DNA of 58,914 nt from contig JAKAIF010000002.1 of assembly GCA_021814445.1 (NCBI GenBank), forward strand, positions 1-58,914, in the 5' to 3' direction. Shown one piece after another: positions 46,216-54,142 of this stretch (its first letter is position 1; each line of letters opens with the position of its first letter). Source of the stretch: a bacterium. GTDB lineage: Bacteria; Patescibacteriota; Minisyncoccia; UBA6257; JAGOQP01. The notes under the pieces were generated by a model. It was given only the letters and a program-made list of their open reading frames with translations. It did not search any database and was not told the origin of the DNA. The position numbers and the translations under genes were made by a program.

Positions 46216-46692
46216 ATGGACAAAGAAGCTTTTGATAAAATGTTAAAAATATCTGAAGAGTATTTTGGAACAGCAAACGATCCTGATCAAATACCCATTT
46301 CTAAAGAAGCAGGAGACAAGATTCGCTCAATTCATCCTGAAACTATTCTTTATAAATTTAACAAAGGCAATCCTATTGCATGGGAAGTAATTATTCCTAC
46401 TAGTTTATCCGTTATGAATAATTTTCTTCATAAAAAAATTTCGGAAAGAGTTCTTTTTGAAATTGCCGTCAAAGAAAAGAAACATGAGGCGCTGTATCTT
46501 TGTAGTGCTTTTGTTTTACCAGAATATAGAGGACGGGGATACGCAAAAGAATTAATTATGAAAGGGATAGCAACACTATCACAAAATAAAGAATTACCAC
46601 TATATTGTTGGATCTATTCTAATGAAGGAAAGAACTTAGTGGATTCTCTTTCAAAGACTTTAGGGAAAACTATCCAAAATAGAGATGAATAG
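46216..46692 (+). CDS. GNAT family N-acetyltransferase
   Basis: VLPEYRGRGYAKELI (motif A). Confidence 0.7.
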   Translation: MDKEAFDKMLKISEEYFGTANDPDQIPISKEAGDKIRSIHPETILYKFNKGNPIAWEVIIPTSLSVMNNFLHKKISERVLFEIAVKEKKHEALYLCSAFVLPEYRGRGYAKELIMKGIATLSQNKELPLYCWIYSNEGKNLVDSLSKTLGKTIQNRDE

Positions 46693-46709
46693 CAAATTAT
46701 TATAACTCC

Positions 46710-46949
46710 ATGTGGTATATCTATATTCTTAAATGCAAAGATGGGAGTTTATATACTGGTATCACCACAGATGTATCACGGCGTTTTAATGAACACAAAA
46801 ATAAAACTGGCGGACACTACACCCGCTCTCACCCCGTGAAATCTATTGTATATACCGAAAGAGTAAGAACACAATCCAAAGCGCTCAAACGAGAACATCA
46901 GATAAAAAATCTCAAAAGAGAGGGAAAATTAAAACTTATTAAGAATTGA
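46710..46949 (+). CDS. GIY-YIG nuclease domain protein (UPF0213/YhbQ-like), second copy
   Basis: MWYIYILKCKDGSLYTGITTDVSRRFNEH...E...E. Confidence 0.85.
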   Translation: MWYIYILKCKDGSLYTGITTDVSRRFNEHKNKTGGHYTRSHPVKSIVYTERVRTQSKALKREHQIKNLKREGKLKLIKN

Positions 46950-46971
46950 CTACAATATAATAAAATGATTT

Positions 46972-47001
46972 TCGGCTGGGGCGCTCCCCCAGCCGATTTT
47001 T
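46972..47001 (+). terminator. Intrinsic terminator
   Basis: TCGGCTGGGG-cgctc-CCCCAGCCGA followed by TTTTT. Confidence 0.7.
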
Positions 47002-47074
47002 ATAGAATAAATATTCCCCCTGTGGTAATATTTTATAGGGGCAAGTTAAAAGAGAAGTCAATCATAAAATAATT

Positions 47075-48286
47075 ATGAACAAAAGGAATCTTTTTTATTG
47101 GTCATTATATGATTTTGCAAACTCGTTTGTCTTCATTAATTTCTTATTATATTTCTCACAATGGCTTGTGATTGACGGTGGATTATCTGATTTTTGGTAT
47201 AATGCCATTTTTACAATTTCTTCAATAATATTATTACTATCCGCCCCAACACTTGCGTCATTTACTGATAAGCACGGCGGAAGAAAATACTTTCTCGGAT
47301 TTGCAACGTTGGGAACGTTTCTGGGATATGGACTTGCAACACTTTTTGCATACATGGATCAGTCAATATTTCTTATAGCTTTCTGTTTCTTAGTTGGACA
47401 ATATTTCTATCAACTTTCATTTTCATTTTATAATCCACTTATTGAAGACATTGCAGACACATCTCACAGAGCGCGCGCGTCAGGAATTGGTCAATTTGCT
47501 AATAGTTTAGGACAAATAATGGGACTCATTATGGCAATCCCTTTTTCTCAAACGAGATTACAGCCATTATTCCCATCAATAGTAGTATTTCTTGTATTAT
47601 CATTGCCAATGATTCTTTATTTCAAAGAACAGAAAATAAAAGAAACCATCCTAACACTTAAGGAATTCAAAAGTAATACAAAAGAGTTCTTTAGTAAGTT
47701 TATCTTGTTTTTTTCTGTATCAATAGCCACTCCAATGTTAGTAGCATTTTTCTTCTTCAACGACGCTCTTTTGACTCTTTCAAATAATTATTCAATTTAT
47801 CTAGAGAGAGTTTTTGGTACACCAGATACAACGAAAAATATTCTTCTTATGATAGTGCTCCTCATGTCTGCGATAGGAGGACTCGCTTTTGGAAAAATTG
47901 CGGATAGCATAGGAACACTCAAAGCTCTAAAATATATTTTGATTAGTTGGATCATACTTCTTCCTATATTGGGACTTGTAACTTCTTTTGTACCCCTCGT
48001 TGTTTGCTCGGCACTACTTGGGTTTTTTATGGGTGGTATATGGACAACCACCCGCGCATATTTAAGTCAGATATTAAAAAAGGAAGAATTGGGATATGGA
48101 TTTTCTTTCTACTCAATATTTGAACGGTTTGCAACGTTCTTAGGGCCGTTATCTTGGGGTGGAATTATTGCTATATTTGGAATAGGACCGCAGAGTTATC
48201 GTATTGCAATAATAAGTCTGACTATATATATAGTGATCGGACTACTAGTGATTTCTTATTGGAAAAAACTTCCCGAAAAAATATAA
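47075..48286 (+). CDS. MFS transporter (UMF1/Atg22-like)
   Basis: WSLYDFANSF N-terminus; about 12 TM. Confidence 0.85.
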   Translation: MNKRNLFYWSLYDFANSFVFINFLLYFSQWLVIDGGLSDFWYNAIFTISSIILLLSAPTLASFTDKHGGRKYFLGFATLGTFLGYGLATLFAYMDQSIFLIAFCFLVGQYFYQLSFSFYNPLIEDIADTSHRARASGIGQFANSLGQIMGLIMAIPFSQTRLQPLFPSIVVFLVLSLPMILYFKEQKIKETILTLKEFKSNTKEFFSKFILFFSVSIATPMLVAFFFFNDALLTLSNNYSIYLERVFGTPDTTKNILLMIVLLMSAIGGLAFGKIADSIGTLKALKYILISWIILLPILGLVTSFVPLVVCSALLGFFMGGIWTTTRAYLSQILKKEELGYGFSFYSIFERFATFLGPLSWGGIIAIFGIGPQSYRIAIISLTIYIVIGLLVISYWKKLPEKI

Positions 48287-48289
48287 CTT

Positions 48290-48298
48290 TGATATACT
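48290..48298 (+). promoter_or_regulatory. TGATATACT extended -10 box
   Basis: 31 nt upstream of ATG 48330. Confidence 0.4.
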
Positions 48299-48329
48299 CC
48301 CTTATACAAAATTAAAAAAATAACAAAAA

Positions 48330-49001
48330 ATGAATACACCAAAAATAATTATTTTTGTGGTTGTAATTCTCGTGATTCTTGGATTGGGACTATGGTATGC
48401 CAATACAAGTACCCCAAAAATAAGCACGCCACAAACAACACAAAAAGAGGTAGCAACAGATACCCCACTCATAACAAATTCAGCCACAAACACAACAGCA
48501 ACAAATACACCTAACAAAAAAAATATGACCGCAATACTACATACAAATAAAGGAGACATCACCATAACTCTCACCCCAGAAACAACCCCTAAAACAGTTG
48601 CGAATTTTGTAAAACTTGCACAAGAGGGATTTTATAACAACACCAAATTCCATCGCGTCATAAAAGGATTTATGAATCAAGGAGGAGATCCTCTTTCAAA
48701 AGATGATTCACAAATAGCGTTGTGGGGCACGGGTGGACCCGAATATACATTCGCCGACGAAATTGGCCCAAAAAATAAAAACTCAACGGGTACCATTGCT
48801 ATGGCAAATGCCGGGCCAAACACGAATGGAAGCCAATTCTTTATTAACGTAGCAGATAATAACTTTCTTGATACTAAACATACCGTATTTGGATATGTAA
48901 GCGAAGGTATTGATGTGGTGATGGCTATTAATTCAGTCGCAACAAACGCACAAGACCGCCCATTAGAGCCAGTAGTTATCAATAATATCACTATAAAATA
49001 A
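48330..49001 (+). CDS. Membrane-anchored cyclophilin-type peptidyl-prolyl isomerase
   Basis: FHRVIKGFMNQGGDP and MANAGPNTNGSQFFI motifs. N-terminal TM plus a Thr-rich linker. Confidence 0.9.
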   Translation: MNTPKIIIFVVVILVILGLGLWYANTSTPKISTPQTTQKEVATDTPLITNSATNTTATNTPNKKNMTAILHTNKGDITITLTPETTPKTVANFVKLAQEGFYNNTKFHRVIKGFMNQGGDPLSKDDSQIALWGTGGPEYTFADEIGPKNKNSTGTIAMANAGPNTNGSQFFINVADNNFLDTKHTVFGYVSEGIDVVMAINSVATNAQDRPLEPVVINNITIK

Positions 49002-49041
49002 ACGTTACAGAAAAATAACAGTAAAATTCTAAGTTAACCCT

Positions 49042-49084
49042 AGGCCAAAGTTACTGACGATCGTCAAAAACTTTGGCCTTTTAT
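49042..49084. terminator. Bidirectional terminator / cruciform
   Basis: AGGCCAAAG...CTTTGGCCT, with an inner GACGATCGTC palindrome. Confidence 0.6.
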
Positions 49085-49135
49085 AAAGAAGACCAAAAAT
49101 AGTCTACGCATACTCTCAAAACTATTTTAAAAAAA

Positions 49136-50110
49136 TTATTTTATAGAAAAATCTTTGTATTCTTCTGACACGCTCCCAAACCAGTCTTCCTTAAATTCAA
49201 TGTGAGATCCCACAGGTCCAACCGATATTCGCGCGAGAAACTCTTGCAATTGAGGAAGTTTTCCTTGCCCAATAATTTCTACTCTATTTTCATCAGTATT
49301 TCTAGAAAAACCAGTGATATTAAGCGTTTGAGCGCAATCTTGAGCAAAAGCTCTAAAACCGACGTTTTGAACGGCCCCAGACGCCCAAAAGTGTAATTCC
49401 ACGTCTTTATCTAAATCGTCCAAATTAAGGGCATTTTTGAGCGAAAAAAAGCCTATTTTAGCCCGTTCTAGGGCATTTACATATCCCCCGGTTCCCAATA
49501 GCACCCCCAAATCACGGGCAAAACTTCGTATATAAAAACCAGAGGAAACAACAAGTGTCATGGTAATATATATGAGATCATTTTTTTCTTGTATTGATTC
49601 AATCTGATATGCAAGAAGAGAAACCTTTTTAGCAGAAATAGAGAGACTCTCCCCTGCTCTTTTTCGCGTATACGCAGGTTTTCCTTGAATCTTTATTGCC
49701 GAATATTGTGGAGGAGTTTGTGTTTCTTGATTTTTTAATGTTTCTATTGCCGATGCTATTTTTCCCTTCCATTCAACGATTGACGTCAATCGTTGAATGG
49801 TTCCAACGCCGTTATCTTCGTGTGTGTTTGGTATTTTTTGTATAATACCCGTACGATCATCTGTGTCCGATGACGCTCCTAATATAATTTCCACTCTATA
49901 TTCTTTTGTCGTGTGTAATAATTGATGACTTAATAATTTTGTATACGCGCGCGAAACACCTACCACCAAAAGACCTGATGCAAATGGATCAAGAGTTCCT
50001 CCATGTCCCACGCGTATATCGCGAGGTATCAAAAGTGCCCGCTTTACATGATTTAAGAATTGAGCAGAGCTTGGTCCCGAAGGTTTATAAAATAAAAAAA
50101 GTCCCTGCAT
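49136..50110 (-). CDS. truB: tRNA pseudouridine-55 synthase fused to a C-terminal acylphosphatase-like domain
   Basis: KPSGPSS, GHGGTLDP, TPPQYSAIKIQG motifs, then HFWASGAVQNVGFRAFA...VEIIGQG (acylphosphatase signature). Confidence 0.85.
   Translation of the reverse strand: MQGLFLFYKPSGPSSAQFLNHVKRALLIPRDIRVGHGGTLDPFASGLLVVGVSRAYTKLLSHQLLHTTKEYRVEIILGASSDTDDRTGIIQKIPNTHEDNGVGTIQRLTSIVEWKGKIASAIETLKNQETQTPPQYSAIKIQGKPAYTRKRAGESLSISAKKVSLLAYQIESIQEKNDLIYITMTLVVSSGFYIRSFARDLGVLLGTGGYVNALERAKIGFFSLKNALNLDDLDKDVELHFWASGAVQNVGFRAFAQDCAQTLNITGFSRNTDENRVEIIGQGKLPQLQEFLARISVGPVGSHIEFKEDWFGSVSEEYKDFSIK
49769..49800. repeat. Palindrome family, copy 4: perfect 32-mer in frame inside truB
   Basis: CCATTCAACGATTGACGTCAATCGTTGAATGG, translated as TIQRLTSIVEW. 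Confidence 0.9.
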
Positions 50111-50208
50111 AGATATGTATAGTATAGAGGACGTTACATAGTGAATCAACATTTACATACTAAATAAATGAACAGAAATACATTAATTAGACCATAGAGA
50201 AAGCGGAG

Positions 50209-50240
50209 CCCCGTAGTGAAACAAGGTTTCTACTACTGGG
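50209..50240 (+). repeat. Compact hairpin related to the uvrA-leader arms
   Basis: CCCCGTAGTGAAAC-aagg-(G)TTTCTACTACTGGG, compared with CCAGGTAGTGAAAG...CTTCTACTACCTGG. Confidence 0.55.
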
Positions 50241-50339
50241 AATAAAAGAAAAATAAAAAGTTTGACAGCAAAGCATTTTTATTTTATTATTAAAATAAAG
50301 CTATTTAACAATTTTTTTCTAAAACTCAAGGGAGAGCAT

Positions 50340-50690
50340 ATGAATGTCTATGCAACAAAAGATTCTCTTTCAAAGAGAATTGTTACTATCATGGGGGTGG
50401 TTTTTGGACTCATGATTCTTGCGGCAATGGTGAACGTATCAATGTTAGTGTCAATTACATATGGGCCATTGGTGATCGCCACCGCGTTCATATTCATAAC
50501 ATATGAACTGTTTTCAAAAGAGAGATATCAACTCGTTCTAAAACAAATCCTCATATACGCCGCATGTCTCTGGGGATTCACTGGCAATAGAGATTTCTCA
50601 TTGCATAATGATATGTATCTCATTGTTCTTGTACCACTAAGTGTGTTGTATCTCATATACTCAATTTACACGTATAAGAAGAAGTTTTAG
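50340..50690 (+). CDS. Hypothetical 4-TM membrane protein
   Basis: GGAGA SD 5 nt upstream of the ATG. Confidence 0.55.
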   Translation: MNVYATKDSLSKRIVTIMGVVFGLMILAAMVNVSMLVSITYGPLVIATAFIFITYELFSKERYQLVLKQILIYAACLWGFTGNRDFSLHNDMYLIVLVPLSVLYLIYSIYTYKKKF

Positions 50691-50705
50691 TTTTGTGGAT
50701 ACGCC

Positions 50706-50733
50706 AAAAAGTCCCGCTCAGCGGGACTTTTGT
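50706..50733. terminator. Bidirectional terminator
   Basis: AAAAAGTCCCGC-tca-GCGGGACTTTT. Confidence 0.7.
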
Positions 50734-50759
50734 TATATAGAGAAAAATCAAATACCCCT

Positions 50760-51668
50760 CTATTCCCTCAAATATTTTTGTATAGCGAAGAAGCTTGAGA
50801 CAAGACCAAGTAATATTCCAAATACTAATTGATAGAAAAATATTCCAAAAATATGCGAGGTGAAATACCCCCAGATGTTTAATTCAGGGACCAACACAGA
50901 GCCATAGGGAGAGAGAAAATAAACCACCGGCATAACGAGAAATACACTGATAACCGCTGAGAGGACACCATACAATACTCCTTCTACCAAAAACGGTCCA
51001 CGGGTAAAGAAATTAGAACCCCCCACCAATCTCATAATAGTAATGCTTTCTCTATTTGAATAAATAGCAAGACGAATAGTGTTAAAGGTAATAAGAATTG
51101 ACACCAATGACATAAAAATAGTAAGCGCCAAACCACCCGTCTCCGCAGTATTTAAAATTTTGTTCAAACGTTCAATAACCGTTTGATTTTGACTATAGGT
51201 AACTCGTTCAACAAAAGGACTAATAGAATCATTTTTAAGGTATTGATCAATAATGCCATACTCGCTCGTATCGCGCGCTTTAATATTGAGTGAGGCAAGT
51301 AATGGATTCTGGTTTAATTGCTCAATCGCCTGTGAAATAGTGCTATCGCCTTGATGTTTTGTTTTAAAAACTTCTAAGGCCTTATCTTTTGAAATATATT
51401 CCACCGCCTTTACTTCGGGTAGGGATTCCAGTGTTGATTTAATGCGCAATACATCATCTTCAGCAGTGCTCCCTTTGAAAAAGACACTGATATCAATCTT
51501 ATCTTGCACGCTCATAATAACCGTCTTTGTGGTGACATTAAACAAATTCAATCCCGCAAAGGCGACAAGACTCAACACCATAACCAACACCGTTGCTGTG
51601 GAAAGCCATGCATTACGGGTAAAATTTTGAACACCGTATTTTAATATTCTTGAAAGTGTAGTAAACAT
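50760..51668 (-). CDS. ftsX: Cell division permease FtsX
   Basis: 4-TM FtsX topology with a large periplasmic-type loop. Follows ftsE. Confidence 0.85.
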   Translation of the reverse strand: MFTTLSRILKYGVQNFTRNAWLSTATVLVMVLSLVAFAGLNLFNVTTKTVIMSVQDKIDISVFFKGSTAEDDVLRIKSTLESLPEVKAVEYISKDKALEVFKTKHQGDSTISQAIEQLNQNPLLASLNIKARDTSEYGIIDQYLKNDSISPFVERVTYSQNQTVIERLNKILNTAETGGLALTIFMSLVSILITFNTIRLAIYSNRESITIMRLVGGSNFFTRGPFLVEGVLYGVLSAVISVFLVMPVVYFLSPYGSVLVPELNIWGYFTSHIFGIFFYQLVFGILLGLVSSFFAIQKYLRE

Positions 51669-51766
51669 ATATGAATAAATTTCTAATTTCTAATTTCCAA
51701 TTCCTAATGAGAATTTACTATTTAGATATTGGTAATTGGATATTTGATATTATATTTTGTTTTACC
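51669..51766. repeat. Heptad tract, AATTTCT family, splitting ftsE from ftsX
   Basis: AATTTCT AATTTCT AATTTCC AATTCCT ... GGTAATTGGATATTTGATATT. Confidence 0.7.
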
Positions 51767-52474
51767 CTAGAACAAAATATACTTCCCCTCTTCTTCGTCT
51801 CTAATAATTTGACCGCTATCTAAACTGATCACACGACGACTAATAAGATTGATGACTTCCTTGTTGTGTGTGGCAAGAATGATGGTTGTTCCCAATTCAT
51901 TAATTTTTAATAACAAATTAATAATTTCAGAGGAGTTGATAGGATCAAGATTTCCCGTTGGCTCATCGGCAATAATCACATCAGGGTTATTAATCATCGC
52001 ACGCGCAATAGCAACTCGCTGTTTTTCTCCACCCGACATCTCGCGTGGAAAATTATTTGTTTTCTGTGAGAGCCCCACAATATCCAGCGCTCGTGGAACT
52101 AATTCATCAATCTCACTTTGTGGTCGTTCTGCTATTTCTAACGCAAAAGCAACGTTCTCATATGCAGTCTTTTCGGGTAATAATTTGAAATCTTGAAAAA
52201 TAGTACCAATATGACGACGCATTTTAGGCAATTCATTTGATTTCAACTTTGTCACATCAAACGAACCAAAAACAATCCGTCCTTTTGTTGGCCGTTCTTC
52301 TCCCGTAAGAAGTTTAATAATAGTTGACTTTCCTGCCCCTGATTTTCCCACGAGTGACACGAATTCTTTTGGATTTATTTTAAAACTCACGTCATTGAGA
52401 GCAGTCTGAGCATGATGGTTTGTCTTATACTCCTTTGAGACACCTTGAAATATGATCATGGGTCCATTATACAC
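51767..52474 (-). CDS. ftsE: Cell division ATP-binding protein FtsE
   Basis: GKSGAGKST, MSGGEKQRVAIARA, IIADEPTGNLD motifs. The start may be the ATG at 52459. Confidence 0.9.
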   Translation of the reverse strand: MYNGPMIIFQGVSKEYKTNHHAQTALNDVSFKINPKEFVSLVGKSGAGKSTIIKLLTGEERPTKGRIVFGSFDVTKLKSNELPKMRRHIGTIFQDFKLLPEKTAYENVAFALEIAERPQSEIDELVPRALDIVGLSQKTNNFPREMSGGEKQRVAIARAMINNPDVIIADEPTGNLDPINSSEIINLLLKINELGTTIILATHNKEVINLISRRVISLDSGQIIRDEEEGKYILF

Positions 52475-52515
52475 TACTTTAAATGGAATCTAAAGTGGTA
52501 TTCAATTATTAATGT

Positions 52516-52919
52516 CTATAAAATTTCTAATAGTCCAATTTTTAATAACCATGGATAAACGAGGTATAAAAACATGAGAGAAATACAAAGCCATAGGAAC
52601 GAGAATTTCAAGCAAATAATTCCATCATAGTTTAACCACTCGTCCTTGTAGCTCCACAATTCTCTCCCTTGCATCAGGCCATCCTCCCAATTAAAAACTC
52701 AACTCCAGTTGTAAATAGTAGAATTATTAATACGTTTATTAAAAAATGAAATTTTAGAATAAGAAGTATATACAACAAAATTGCTGTATATAAGTACATT
52801 TGTACATTAATTAATTTTGGAATTAATATTTTATGATGTGTAATTGATTTATACACAAATTCTAATACAAACCCAGAAAATGTCCCCACACAAACAATAA
52901 TAAAAATATTCATCAACAT
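52516..52919 (-). pseudogene. Frameshifted DUF1113/PF06541-like membrane protein gene
   Basis: Frame A ends ...TGVEFLIGRMA*. The -1 frame continues LMQGRELWSYKDEWLNYDGIICLKFSFLW. The shift lies next to a T5 run. Confidence 0.45.
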
Positions 52920-52976
52920 AATTACTATCTCATAACTTCAAAAAATAATATTTTCCTAGCACCTCATCACTATTCA

Positions 52977-54053
52977 CTAAATACTTGTGGTCAGCTCTGC
53001 TTCTATAAATCCACCCAATTCTCCCTGTTCCAGCACCGCCATCACATTTCCTGTTTCATATTCAGTCCGATGATCTTTAATAAGCTGATAGGGATTTAAT
53101 ACATAGGAACGAATCTGACTCCCCCATTCTGGTTTCACTTTCGTGCGTAATTGATCTATTTGATCCACACGCTCCTGTTCCATGAGTTGAATTAATTTTG
53201 CTTCAATAATATGAAGTGCCTTCTCTCTATTTTGAGATTGTGATCGCTCACTTTGTGACGAAGCAACGATACCTGTTGGGGTGTGAACAATACGCACCGC
53301 GGTTTCCACCTTATTCACATTTTGCCCTCCCGGCCCAGAAGAACGGAAAAATTCTACTTTTAAATCACTTTCTTTAATGTGAAGTTCGGTTTCTTGTATC
53401 TCGGGCAGTACATCCACCAGCGCAAATGAAGTATGTCGAAGTCCTTGTCCAGAAAATGGAGATATGCGCACCAATCTATGTACTCCACTTTCTTTTTTAA
53501 GATGACCAAATGCATAGGAACCCTTTATTTCAAAAGTTATATTTTTTAATGGATGCCTCCCTGTTTTTGATTGGAACGTTTCTTCAGTTGAATCAACAAC
53601 ATGGGTTTCCCATTTCTGACTTTGAGCATAGGCAGTATACATGTCATACAACATATGCACCCAGTCGGCCGCATCTTGTCCTCCCGCGCCTGCTTGTATG
53701 GTAATAACGGCATTATGTTTATCACGCTGACCAATAAATAATCTTTTTATCTCAATAGCGCGAATAGATCGTTCTACGTCAAATAAATCATTTTCAGTTT
53801 GTGTCGTATGCTCAGCTAACGCATGTAATCGTTCTTCTATAAGACCAAGTTGTTTTATTATGTTTTGTGTATCCCCCATCTCTCGAACCAAACTTTCTGA
53901 TTTTTCACGATCCTTCCAAAAATCTGGGTCTTGCATGAATAATTCAATTTCTTTGATACGAAGTTCTTTCGTAGGTATATCAAACCACGTCTTGAGTTGT
54001 ACAAGACGTTCAGATAAATCACTTCTTTTTTCTAAGAATTCTTTTTCAATCAT
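52977..54053 (-). CDS. prfB: Peptide chain release factor 2 (single frame, no programmed frameshift)
   Basis: SPF tripeptide and GGQ (SSGPGGQNVNKVETAV). 358 aa, uninterrupted. Confidence 0.95.
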   Translation of the reverse strand: MIEKEFLEKRSDLSERLVQLKTWFDIPTKELRIKEIELFMQDPDFWKDREKSESLVREMGDTQNIIKQLGLIEERLHALAEHTTQTENDLFDVERSIRAIEIKRLFIGQRDKHNAVITIQAGAGGQDAADWVHMLYDMYTAYAQSQKWETHVVDSTEETFQSKTGRHPLKNITFEIKGSYAFGHLKKESGVHRLVRISPFSGQGLRHTSFALVDVLPEIQETELHIKESDLKVEFFRSSGPGGQNVNKVETAVRIVHTPTGIVASSQSERSQSQNREKALHIIEAKLIQLMEQERVDQIDQLRTKVKPEWGSQIRSYVLNPYQLIKDHRTEYETGNVMAVLEQGELGGFIEAELTTSI

Positions 54054-54056
54054 GTG

Positions 54057-54129
54057 AGCCAGAGGCGGGAATTGGACCCGCGACCTACGCTTTACGAAAG
54101 CGTCGCTCTACCAACTGAGCTACTCTGGC
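54057..54129 (-). tRNA. tRNA-Thr (anticodon CGU)
   Basis: Manual cloverleaf: GCCAGAG/CTCTGGC, GCTC-AGTTGGTA-GAGC, ACGCT-TTCGTAA-AGCGT, GCGGG-TCCAATT-CCCGC. Confidence 0.9.
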
Positions 54130-54142
54130 TTTTTTACGCCGT

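Noticed and set aside
48302-48574. 90-aa hydrophobic ORF antisense to the 5' end of the cyclophilin gene
   Set aside because: It mirrors the Thr/Asn-rich linker of the PPIase gene and has no independent start signals.
51669-51766. CRISPR array or minisatellite coding repeat
   Set aside because: The period is 7 bp with no spacers, the tracts are under 110 nt, and no cas genes are present. They are AT-rich heptad tracts, not CRISPR.
52977-54053. Programmed +1 frameshift in prfB, or UGA recoding (genetic code 25 or 4)
   Set aside because: RF2 is a single intact frame with SPF and GGQ. TGA terminates several genes at family-consistent ends (PAP2, GIY-YIG). The standard code 11 fits.
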